From: Azolla caroliniana | Lineage: Eukaryota; Plantae; Polypodiophyta | Reading direction: 5' to 3' | Length of the DNA: 12,881 nucleotides | Assembly (NCBI GenBank): GCA_043228905.1 | Contig: JBHGNT010001018.1 | Coordinates: 1 to 12,881 of the forward strand | Shown: piece by piece, positions 1 to 12,633 of the stretch | How the letters are laid out: the number at the start of each line of letters is the position of its first letter | How positions within the stretch are numbered: the stretch's first letter is position 1 | Notes under the pieces: generated by a model | What the model was told of the DNA's origin: nothing | The model's input: the letters and a program-made list of their open reading frames with translations, nothing else | Database searches by the model: none | Position numbers and translations under genes: made by a program

Positions 1-738
1 ATGCGACCTGATCGGTGGTGATCGTCTGTCGATCGCGAACAACAACATGTTGTTTGTCGGCCTAGGCCAACAACTACCCTTCCTTGGGGCTTGCTTGTCG
101 AACTATAAAAGTTCTACAAGCTCGGGGTTTGGTCGAACCTTTCATTGTTAGACGAGTTGGCGGCTCGCCGAACTTGGAAGGTTCAACCTCGATTCAACTT
201 GCCGACCTCTACGAGCGCGTGGCAAGTTTTGGTTGGCGGACAACAACGGTGAGCTTGGCGAGTTTGTCCCATTGTTGGCGTAGATCAAAGCGGCCCAACG
301 GGCACAGGGAACAACGTTCCTCCCGTGGCGCCTACAGTCTCCAAGCGATCGTGAAAGCACCGGATGCAACAACATAGATTTTACCACAAAAAAGGGAGAC
401 CAACTTCACTCAATTTTTGAAGGGGAACAAAATGTTAATCACAATTGCAGCATAGAGCCAACTACAACAAAGCGAGTGACAACAGGTAGGAGGGGCGAAG
501 TACTCAACGGCAATGGTGACTCCAACACACTCCCCTTTCAATGCACCTTATTTGGCAAACCTTGCATTCCTCCACGCGAAAGGCAAGCTCTCGAGCTGAC
601 TGTGGCGAACGCGGGCGAAAGCTATCCGTGGATAAGCCTCCGGTCGACGAGCACTCGGGTTCGCAACAACGAACGGAGGCCTCACACGGTCTTGACTCCG
701 CTGCCTCGAGAGGAAGGAAAGGGGCATGGGAGCTTGAA

Positions 739-752
739 GAGAGAGAGAGAGA
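739..752. repeat. (GA)7 microsatellite
   Basis: Read directly from the sequence. Confidence 0.85.
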
Positions 753-815
753 TCCAAGTACCCAAAGCAAAACTTAAGAAGAAAGAGCCCTTTTTACGAG
801 CACCCCCTCTCCCTT

Positions 816-821
816 TTTATA
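816..821 (-). promoter_or_regulatory. TATA box of the putative LTR
   Basis: Minus strand CTATAAAAAGGG followed by a pyrimidine-rich leader including (TC)7. Confidence 0.45.
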
Positions 822-1094
822 GAAAAAGGGACGGAAGATGCCACTTACAATAAATGAGGCAAATATTCCTCTCCTTTGCCAAAATTCAAGGCCTTGATTG
901 ATTTGTCAACATTGAGCCATGTCCTACATCAACTCCCTACACATATTTTTAACTCCATCTCTCTCTTACCTTTCAATGTACTTTCCTCTATCTGTACATG
1001 TGCACTTCACACCCCTTTCATGTGTACACATAGCACATAACCATTTGCCCCTTTTTCCCCGATTTTCTCATTGTTGCTGAAAATCTTCACAACA

Positions 1095-1391
1095 ACGGTT
1101 TGGGAGTTTCCAAACGTAAACTGAACTAGTTCCAAAACTGGTTAACGCTAACCAGTTTGACCAAATTGGTTAAGCCTAAACACGTTAGGAACCATTTTAG
1201 CCAAGTTGATAAAGCCTTACCAAGTTTTGAAACTGGTTTGGCCCAAATTTGTTCAGTTCGGCTTGAGCCATCCCAAACTAATTAAGAAAGCTCAAGCCTA
1301 AACTGAACCAAATCAAATTTCCAAACTAACAAACCATTTAAAAATGGTTTAACAGTCCAGTTCAGGCTTGAGCCGAGCCTGCCAATTCCTA
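1095..1391 (+). mobile_element. Non-autonomous hAT/MITE-like DNA transposon, right TIR present, left TIR cut
   Basis: Ends TGCCAATTCCTA (reverse complement TAGGAATTGGCA), a 10/12 match to TAGGGATCGGCA at 12481. It has dense subterminal motifs (AAACTG, AAACC, GGTT, GGCTTGAGCC) in both orientations and shares an exact 18-mer AAACTGGTTTGGCCCAAA (1230-1247) with 12604-12621. TAGGG-type termini are known from plant hAT elements. Confidence 0.65.
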
Positions 1392-1504
1392 GTAGTAACA
1401 TATGCAGTAACAAACTAGAATTCTGTAACTAACATACTAAACTAACAAGGATATGTTGTTAACCTAAAGTAAATGTCTTTGAGTAGAAATGCGTACAACT
1501 AAAC

Positions 1505-1515
1505 CTTATTTTACT
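1505..1515 (+). repeat. Left target-site duplication of the LINE (CTTATTTTACT)
   Basis: Identical 11-mer at 2412-2422; extends to 15 bp with one mismatch. Confidence 0.8.
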
Positions 1516-2411
1516 ATCCTTACACGGGACAAGGAAGCAAACTCATCCCTTTATTTCAATTCACAACTAGATTGGGTCGCCATATTCTAGCTCCTCAAAC
1601 TGCCCGAGAGCCGGCTGCTGCAAAGGTCTGGCACACATATCATGTTCCTCACACAATTACCACCAAGTTTTGGAAAAAATTCTGGAAACAACAACACACA
1701 CGACGAATCATCACTTTCTAATGGCTATTAATACATAGGTCATTATCGGTTGGTGCATGACAGCATGGGAACCTTAGCTCTCCTAATTGTGTAGCGTGCC
1801 CAAATGCAATAGAATCAATCTGACACGCTTTGTGGGACTGCCCAGAGTCCCATCGAATATGGCAGGGGGTTGGCCGCTTATTGCAATTATGTCAAGTGCA
1901 AGGCTTAATCAAGTGGGGAAATATATGTTGGCTATCATGTCAGGCCCCAATTGACAGATATGAGCATCAAGAGGAGGGGATGACTTTGGTGATAAAAACA
2001 CAAGAGGTTTTTTTCTCCACCATTGACAATGTCCATGCAACTCCTATCAATGCCAAATCTCAAGTTGTGTTGGAATTGGTCAGCCCAATAACTCTTTGGA
2101 CTCTATGGAAACAACGGTGTAGACGGGTCTTCTCGAACCAAACCGCACAACCAATAGTGTTAATGCAAGAGATATGGAGTGAAGTTGTAGCTTCTCTAAA
2201 AAGCCAATATGATGGCCTCAAGGGCGACTTCGATGGAGTTGAAAGACAATGACTAGCCTTCATCCAGCAATGGTCGACCTCCCCCTTTATTGAGTCGGTG
2301 GGCATCCACATAAGATGGACCTATCGCGTACCTACAAGGATTTGTATATATTAATCGCATATGTAAAATTTTATAACTAATGGAAGGAGTTTTTTTTGGG
2401 GGGGGGAAAAA
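1516..2411 (+). mobile_element. 5'-truncated decayed LINE (L1-like) retrotransposon: 3' end of ORF2 with zf-RVT-like zinc knuckle
   Basis: A single frame (1518-2354) reads ...PLFQFTTRLGRHIL...FWKKFWK...ITF*WLLIHRSLSVGA*...CVACPNAIESI*HALWDCPESHRIW...TLWTLWKQRCRRVF...IRWTYRVP...*. The CxxC...HxLWDC and LWxLWKxR motifs are typical of plant L1 ORF2. Internal stops at 1719, 1758, 1821 and 2250. It ends in a short A run and is flanked by the direct repeat CTTATTTTACT. Confidence 0.88.
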
Positions 2412-2422
2412 CTTATTTTACT
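2412..2422 (+). repeat. Right target-site duplication of the LINE (CTTATTTTACT)
   Basis: Identical 11-mer at 1505-1515; lies immediately after the A5 tail. Confidence 0.8.
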
Positions 2423-3515
2423 CTTTCTAAAATTTTGGACATTTCTTATTAAAAGGGTGCTACAAAAATTATGAGTTATCCCCATTAAAGAGCTTATGCA
2501 CATAACCTCCATATTGTTGATTATACATAATTTAATGGTCTAATCTTTGAAATTATGCAATTCTTTATGGATGAAACACATAGCTTGAGGTAGAAGATAT
2601 TTCCTTGTCTTCTTCGAACCACAACTTGATACATAAAGAGATCAATCCATTCATTGTGGTTCTTGATAAGCTTGATCATTGTCATTCAACCCCCGTATGG
2701 TATATTTTCTATGTCAAGGCATCTTTCTACCACATGAGATCTGTATTGAAGTCTTCAGGATTAGCACAATTGTACTTCGTTAAAAGCTCAAATAGTTTCA
2801 AAATACTTTGATGATTACCAAAGGGTTTGGTGAGATACCGTTTTCATCTCCAAATAATCAAGTGCAACATGGATGCTTGCACATTACCAAAAATCAAGAA
2901 TAAGTTGACTTTTTTTCCATATAAATTGCTACCCCTTTAGTTAGGAAGAAATACAAGAGGTGTCATATGTATAAGAGGTAGGCCTCATATACAGCTATGT
3001 GACTTCAATTAATTCTAAAATTGTGAAACCTAAAGTGATCCTTCGATAGTCCAGGGACGGTGCAACAAATTTCTACCTTACTTGATGATCTTCTATAAAG
3101 AAATTTAGGCATCAATTAAGGTTAGAATCTTCATGAAAATTGTTCTTTAACCTATGGAAACATATGATGATCAAGTGTAAGACTTTACTATGTCCAAAGC
3201 AATCAAATGTTTATTTTGGAAAAGTTAAGATATTCAACCTTGCTATGTGGTGCTTATTGAATGTATGAAGAATGAGAAAGTGACTAAAACTTTAGAGTAT
3301 GTTTTGAAGGTTTAGCCAAGTATGTCTAGTTCTATCCCTCAAGCTAATCATTCTTGGATTCGAGTGCTTATTTATGTCATCAATTGTCGAAGATACATAC
3401 ATTAATGTTTCTCTCATTGATCAGGCTAATTTAGTTATAGTGTGTAAATCAATTACTTAATCATATTTATAGCCGTAAGCAATCAAAAGACAAATTTATG
3501 AATGTGTAACCAAAA

Positions 3516-3728
3516 GAATGCAAAATTTTCTCTCATGTATTGGGCCTAAATTTGCTATAGTTTAATTGGATATGAATTCACATTTGTTGTCTCAAGTAGT
3601 CATATATGTGGCATTCATCAACTGTGCACATATATGACTACTTGAGAGTCGAGACAACACATGTGAATTCATATCCAATTAAACTATAGCAATTTTAGGC
3701 CCAATACATGAGAGAAAATCTTGCATTC
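3516..3728. repeat. Long near-perfect inverted repeat (foldback hairpin)
   Basis: Arm 3516-3610 (95 nt) is the reverse complement of arm 3627-3728 (102 nt) with 3 mismatches and one 7-nt insertion; 16-nt loop. Confidence 0.95.
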
Positions 3729-6700
3729 ATATATGAAGAATTGGTCAAGCATCAAGAGGCAAATTTTGAATGCGCATTGGAAGGAGTGAGTAACCAAGAG
3801 TGTTGTTTGATAAGTGTTATGCCCTTGCTATCATATCATTTACAAGAGTGTGCAAATCTATCTTACATGCATCGCTATGAAATTCCCTTTTGCTAATGTA
3901 GCAAAACAAATTGAGAAAGTAATGGATATACGTTTAGCACCCCACCTCTATGACCTTTGGAATGCTACTTGAGAAAGGTGCATATAAACCATGAAAACCC
4001 AAATTATTTTAGGAGACGACGCAACGTTTTCAATTGTGGGTTACGTAAAATATATATCATGTTTCCTTTGGCTCAATGCAACATGCATCAAAAAGTAGTG
4101 AAAGATGTACTAATGTTTTGAAGCAAGCCATTGTGTGTGAGACAATCAAGAAAAAGAAGATCATGAAGATGGAGAGGTGTTTGGCAAGCAAAGGTAAAAA
4201 GAGGAAGAGGAAGGTGACTTGTGTTGGAAATTTGTCGAGAATCATCAAATCATGAGAGAACAATGAAATGAAAGCAAGATCAATTTTATTTGTACTAGCA
4301 TATGCGACAACAATCCACGAAAAGTGAAATCTACAATAATTTGTAGAAAGGAGAATATTTATTATGTTGTGTGAAATGGGTCAAAATCTCATCGAGAAAG
4401 CTATAAAATGTCATTATGCAAATACATCAAAACATTTCACTTTCATGTTTGTGCTTGCCATATTCTATATTGCGAGGGGCTGAGTATGCATTTGGACTTC
4501 GAGAGGCATTTGTAAACCGTGAAAGTTAAGAAAAAGACAAATTCATTTTATGAAAATAATCATACGAAGTATATAAGTGTTGTTGATCCTCTCTCTATGG
4601 GGTACATTATTATACATATATGTCTACATATAACATCTTTGAGTGTTCAAATGCCCATGCATTTCTTTTTACAAACAACCAATTAAAGATCTAATCAAAA
4701 GTTTTGTTGTATGTAGATTGCATTGGTTTTTAAAAGTTGGTTCGTCATTACATTTGAAATTATAAAGCCATTATGCCATACTGTGTTTTGCATGAAATTT
4801 GTTGTTTTACTAACATCGAATGAGAGATGGTGAAGTAGGAAAATCGTGCATATTAAGAGGTTGGCATAATGGGAAGTCAAGTCACAAATGAACCAAACGA
4901 GAAAGAAAAAGGGGAATCTTGTACACCACATTTGTAAAGCATCATCAAGCAGTCATGAATCAACACAAAGGAGCAAGTGGAGAAAGAAAAGACTAGTTCT
5001 ACTTGTACACACTATTGCTAATGAGGTCACGCGACTATGTCTAGAGTTGAACCATTCATACATTGAAGAAAATGTGCCAAATTCGATCAAGAAAGATATG
5101 AATTCTTTTCTCTTGGACCAGAAATGTATTTTTGTCCTTCATATTTTACAAGTGATTGGGGAAGCATTTTAACGTTACATCAATAGAATTTGGAATGCAA
5201 GTTTTGAAAATGTGTTTGTAAAGCTAAAGAATTACTACAATTATGAAGATTGCATTATAAGCACAACATATTGATAGATTGTGCATCATTAGAATACATT
5301 ACTTACAAAAATTGTTACACAAACAAAGCTTGTCGATCTTGTTGGAACCCATGATGATTCCACTTGGCTCTCAAACTCCCTCATATCCTCTACAGCCTTC
5401 AATGTGAAGAATGATATTTGTACACATTAATTTGATGACAACTATAATGGGGTTCTAGAAATAGACTTTAAGCAGTTGTAGTTTGACATGCGTAATGTGT
5501 GTCCTATAATTTGTTTAGTTGTTGCAAGACAAACAATGATATGTTCAAATATAAACATTGACTCATAGGCTACTTACTTGAAGAAGATATGAACATGAGC
5601 TAGTCCTTGGAAGGTGTGAATTCATTGTGTCTAAATTTGTTTGAAATAAAAATTGCATGATTGTTAGAGTAAGTTTGGAATTTCAATGAATGGGGCCGAA
5701 CTCAATAGTTTTATGAATTTGTGGTTTCTTGGAAAAAAAACCTAGAAAATAAAATTCACAATTAAGATGCAAAAGAACCTTACAAGGATATGAATCAATA
5801 TTTAAATAAAGTACAAATAAATAGGTCCCAATTCTCGTAACTTCTTTTAGAATATGGTGGTTTGTTCATACACCCACAAAATGATTCATGGGAGGAACTT
5901 CCTCAAACATAGTTATATTGGACAACCCTTGGCATTTTATTCATTGCCAAAATAATATATTGTTCTCACATACAAATAGACAAAAAGAGTATTCCAATTA
6001 AAATCATACACTATGAGATATGGAAGAGAATGGGCAAGAAAAGCAAGTTCACACAATTTACCATATATAGTTAGACAACATCATAAGTGATATAAGTTTC
6101 TTTCAAAAAGAAACGATTGCAAACTTCCGTTATGAATATAAATTCCATATTCAAATAGATGACCGTATACATACATCAAATGATACGTAAAAGTCCATGT
6201 CCATATTGATAACAATATATATGCATTGTCAAAAGAACATATGCACATACTTTCACAAGGATCTCTATATTTGAAACACTTGGTATTTCCATCAGCTTGG
6301 CGTATTTTGATTCTTGTACCCTTTGTTAGACGCACATTTCTCTTCAAGTTTATAACTTTACTCGGGATTGCGTACATTTCTTTTTATTGTACATGCTATG
6401 ACTATGATCTTCTCAACTTTATATCATAACTGAAATGAACATATTGTTGTTTTTAAAATGGTTACAAATAGAACATGAAAATAACGTGCTACTCCATAAA
6501 CATGCTAAAATTGATGCAAAAGAGATGGAAACGTGAAGATCTAATAAATGCAAGAGTTTTAAATCTATTTCAGCCCCACAATGTTTTTAGGCAAAGGAGA
6601 AAACCTTTGAAAGCAACATTGAAGCTAAGATTAATTCAAGCTTCACGTTGATATATGATCAAGATGATGTTTGATGTGTAACTAATGGTGTAGAGGAGAT

Positions 6701-7600
6701 GATTTTGTGAGTATCACCCATTATTTGGACACAAAACCAATTATTGGGTTGATAAGTAAGTGGTAAAACATTTGTGAGTGGTACACATCCGTAGTTGAAC
6801 ATGGAGAGTATTGCTTTTGGACTTTATTGACATACCAACACATTGAATAATAGTCATAGGCTTTACACATAAAGGATCCATTCCTTCAATGTAGAAGGAT
6901 AATGAGAAGCACAATATCCTAACTACATAATCAACCTTATATGTGTAAACATATATACATAGCCTCATTATTATGGGCTAACTAAGGTAAACGCAGGCAA
7001 ATACCTTCTTAGAAATGATGTTATCCATATTCTCATAATAACCAGCCACAAAAAAAAAATCCAACATAAAATGAAAAATAATAACATAGCAAGATATGGT
7101 ATAGGGATTAGCCAAGATCGATGCCCCAACTAGGGGCCTCCTAAGGCATGTGTAGTCAATGTTGTCATGGGACATGGGGAGGTCATCACATCAATTATAC
7201 TGAATGTATTGGATTGTTATCATGCTAGACCATTGAATCTAGTGAAAATCTATCATAATGGTAGCATTCACCATTCATCTCAAATAGTGAGGAGTGCCAC
7301 AACAATCATTTATAGATGTAGGAAATTCACACACATGACTACATTCATACCTATAGGTATAGTACTTGATGTATGAGGATGACACACATCCGCTACCATC
7401 ATGGGTAGCAAGGGTCGTGTTGGATTAGCCATTGGAATACACATCATATCAAACACTTCAATGGGCAAAAGTTAGAAGTTGTCAAACCACAAACAAAACG
7501 GATTTTAGTGTCACGTGAACACATCAAACTCCATCGGCCCATTGTAGGAGGATGCGGACACTAGGAAATAAAAGAAAGGACAACACGAGAACGCAACCTC

Positions 7601-7864
7601 AAAACGGAAAGAATGATACAACGAGACATGCATAAAGAATGATAGTAGCAGATGCATGTGTGGATGGAGGGGAGTAGCAGAGGCGCAACACGACGAGATT
7701 GCGAGGACCCGAGATCTCGACTTCTAGTAATCAAAACGGAAAGAATGATACAGCGAGACAGGCATAAAGAATGATAGTAGCAGATGCATGTGTGGATGGA
7801 GGGGAGTAGCAGAGGCGCAACATGACGAGATTGCGAGGACCCGAGATCTTGACTTCTAGTAATC
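7601..7864. repeat. Tandem direct duplication, 2 x 132 bp
   Basis: 7601-7732 and 7733-7864 differ at 4 positions; TCA microhomology at the junctions. Confidence 0.95.
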
Positions 7865-7967
7865 ACTTGTTCGATAGTGCCCAAGGAGCAGGAACGGCTA
7901 TTTCAACATTCCCAGGAGGGCGTTCACGCGCAAGCCCAAAGTTAGAGCGAATGCACATATAGATAGA

Positions 7968-8073
7968 GAGGCTACGAGATGCGATGAATGATGGAGGCTA
8001 CGAGATGCGATGATCGATCGCGGCTATAAGATGTGATGAATGATTGAGGCTATATAAGGTGCGATGGATCATT
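7968..8073. repeat. 26-bp minisatellite, about 4 diverging copies (GAGGCTACGAGATGCGATGAATGATG)
   Basis: Units begin at 7968, 7994, 8020 and 8046. Confidence 0.88.
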
Positions 8074-8307
8074 GGCGAAGAGACCAATGGCAGGGAAGGC
8101 ATGCTAAAGTGATGGGGTCCAATTACTACTCTAACTTTGGAGTGGGACAAATTGTGTGGAGAGAGACTTTGGGGATCTTATAATGCTATGGACTCCTCCT
8201 GCTCCTCTTTCATGGACTTTTTTTTGGCAGAGTAGGGCATAACATTACATTCTTTGCAGATCCATTACTAGTACTACTCCTACTACATAATCTGCTGCTG
8301 CTACCTC

Positions 8308-8315
8308 AACCCTAA
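8308..8315 (+). promoter_or_regulatory. Telo-box-like motif AACCCTAA in the ADK leader region
   Basis: Motif match inside a Y-patch just before the putative UTR intron; site II-like motifs (GGCCCA ~7537, AGCCCA 7933-7938) lie upstream. These are short motifs and may be chance. Confidence 0.3.
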
Positions 8316-8342
8316 CACTCTTCCTTCTCCATCTCAGATCAG

Positions 8343-9074
8343 GTTTGTCTCTGCCCCTCTCTCTCTCTTTCTCTCTATCTTTAGATTTAGGTTTTTCTTT
8401 CTGCAGTTATCTTTCTCTAGGTTTTGGGTTTTCTCTGTAGTTCTCTTTACATGGATTTTATGCCTTGTTCTGTCTTTTTGCAATTGTTTCACTTGTCCAA
8501 TTTGGGTTCCTGTTTTGACTGCTATTTCTCTTATGTTTTCTATTGATTTATTCTTTCTGGTTTTTCTTACCTCTCCTTTCTTCTGCTTCTTGTTTCTAAT
8601 GGCCTCCACCTATGTTTCTGACTTGTTTTCTCTGTCTTCCTCTCTTAGTATTTTCTTTATAAAAATCATATTTTCCTTTCATTGCCTTCTTTGTTGTTTC
8701 TAATGGCCTCTCTCTTGTTTTCCCTTGCTTCATTTTTCTGTATCTTATTTTTGTTTTTGTTTATTCCGTTATCCCCCTTGTTGTAGCCTCTCTTGTTTTT
8801 TAAAAAGAGCAAATCCTTTTGATTTGATTTATTTTCATGAATTTTCTAAAATTTTTAATTATTTTGAAAAGCTTCTTTTTAATTGATTTATTTAAATGGA
8901 TTTCCTTGCTTCCAATTTGCGCAAATTGGTTTCCCCCAATTTAGCTGATCTATTTTAATGATTTTTCTTCTTGTTAATTTGGTTTTCAAATGATTATTTT
9001 TCTATTTAGTCAATTTTTATCTCCATGACTTTTTTCTTATTTTAAATCTTCTCCCCAGTTTCACCATTTATCAG
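8343..9074 (+). other. Probable 5'-UTR intron of the adenylate kinase gene
   Basis: Donor CAG|GTTTGT at 8342/8343 after a pyrimidine-rich leader; very T-rich body; acceptor TTTATCAG| at 9074, 14 nt before the ATG. Inferred from sequence only, no transcript evidence. Confidence 0.7.
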
Positions 9075-9088
9075 GTTTTCCTCTTATA

Positions 9089-11642
<2,554 letters not shown>

Positions 11643-12226
11643 AAAATTTAATTGTTATATAGTCTCTTTTGAAATGCAAACACAAATGAGATGACGAGCT
11701 TTTCTATAGCATTGAAATTGACATTCCCTTTCTTTTTTGTACCGGTGGAGGCTTGTTCCAATTTTCTCCCTGGTATCAAATAATTTTGTTCTGTCATTAA
11801 GACAAAAACTAATTGATTCTGCATGTAAAAATATGCAGTTATGCCTAATGGCACTTGGAAATAATTGTGGATCTTTTTTGTGCTGCCTTGTGAATTTACA
11901 ATGAATCATGCGAGGATTTTTTAGAGGAAAGAAATGGATTTATTGGTCATTTAGTGAAAGATATAGTGAACAACTTGCCCCATGATACAGGAATAGTAGA
12001 GATGGGGGTGATGGTAACATGTATTTTTGTATACCCGGCCCTACCCCTCTCTCAATATTTTTTAGTAAAATTGTTGAACATTGAGAGCCACTACTCAAGT
12101 TCATATGTACTAATGTAAACATGTTCCATTTTTGGCCCCGTACTTCATATTTGATCTTTGGAAGCTTATCTATCTCTCTCCCTTTCTTGCATCATATTGT
12201 CTCATGTGGACCTATTCTTATCTATT

Positions 12227-12250
12227 TGTGTGTGTGTCTCTCTCTTTCTC
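12227..12250. repeat. Short compound (TG)n(TC)n microsatellite
   Basis: TGTGTGTGTGTCTCTCTCT read directly from the sequence. Confidence 0.6.
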
Positions 12251-12480
12251 CTTTTTTTAGATATTGTTTAGTCTCTCTTGTACAATAGTAGTGCTTCTTG
12301 ATTGTCTTCTTTTTGGTAGTACAGTTTGTACCTGTCTTACTATATAGATAATGTAAATATTTGGCCTAGGCCACACAAATAATATCATGAAATGATCCTT
12401 TCCCACATGCTAATGCATGATCATCAAATGGCATGATTCAAGTGGCGATAATGCAAGGTGGCAAGCATTTATGTGTCTAG

Positions 12481-12633
12481 TAGGGATCGGCAACGGTTCG
12501 GTTTAGGTTTAACCGATTTGGCCTTATCCAAGCCAAACTGATTTCTAAACCGGTCAAGGGGTTAACCAGTTTGGCCTAAACCGTTTCTAAACCTGATAAG
12601 CCTAAACTGGTTTGGCCCAAACCAATTAAGCTC
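12481..12633 (+). mobile_element. Left end of a second hAT/MITE-like element of the same family as 1095-1391
   Basis: Starts TAGGGATCGGCAACGGTTCGGTTTAGG and shares AAACTGGTTTGGCCCAAA, TAAGCCTAAAC and TAACCAGTTTG with the left copy. No right TIR was found in the window, so the right boundary is uncertain. Confidence 0.65.

Larger units (their letters stand above)
1..1094 (-). mobile_element. Probable LTR of an LTR retrotransposon (5' LTR or solo LTR, possibly with adjoining leader), running off the left edge
   Basis: The minus strand begins TGTTGTGAAG (TG terminus at ~1094, or ~1091), then TATAAA (+ strand 816-821) and a pyrimidine/CT-rich leader. It is more GC- and CpG-rich than the rest of the window and switches abruptly to another repeat at ~1095. 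No PBS, PPT or gag/pol sequence was recognised, so the class is inferred. Confidence 0.55.

Noticed and set aside
320-445. Possible primer-binding site or LTR inner boundary (TGGCGCC near 326; minus-strand TTAACA-TTTTG near 430)
   Set aside because: Wrong strand or no tRNA 3'-end complementarity I can recognise, so no PBS is called.
84-853. Six overlapping track ORFs (69-125 aa) on both strands
   Set aside because: No recognisable motifs, several non-ATG starts; expected by chance in the more GC-rich LTR-like sequence.
1830-2252. 140-aa ORF as an independent gene
   Set aside because: It starts at TTG and is the stop-bounded segment of the decayed LINE ORF2 frame.
2605-7376. Scattered 60-100 aa track ORFs in the intergenic region
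   Set aside because: Short, AT-biased, no motifs and no consistent splice structure that I could assemble.
7561-7884. 107-aa minus-strand ORF with a 44-aa internal repeat
   Set aside because: TTG start, and its length comes from the 132-bp in-frame DNA duplication; no protein family recognised.
7968-8073. CRISPR-like array
   Set aside because: Units are head-to-tail without unique spacers, no cas genes, and the context is eukaryotic.
8334-8609. Lys/Arg-rich 91-aa minus-strand ORF
   Set aside because: Compositional artefact of the T/C-rich UTR intron read antisense.
11648-12122. Minus-strand ORFs downstream of the ADK stop
   Set aside because: They lie in the probable 3' UTR and flank, are short and have no recognisable homology.
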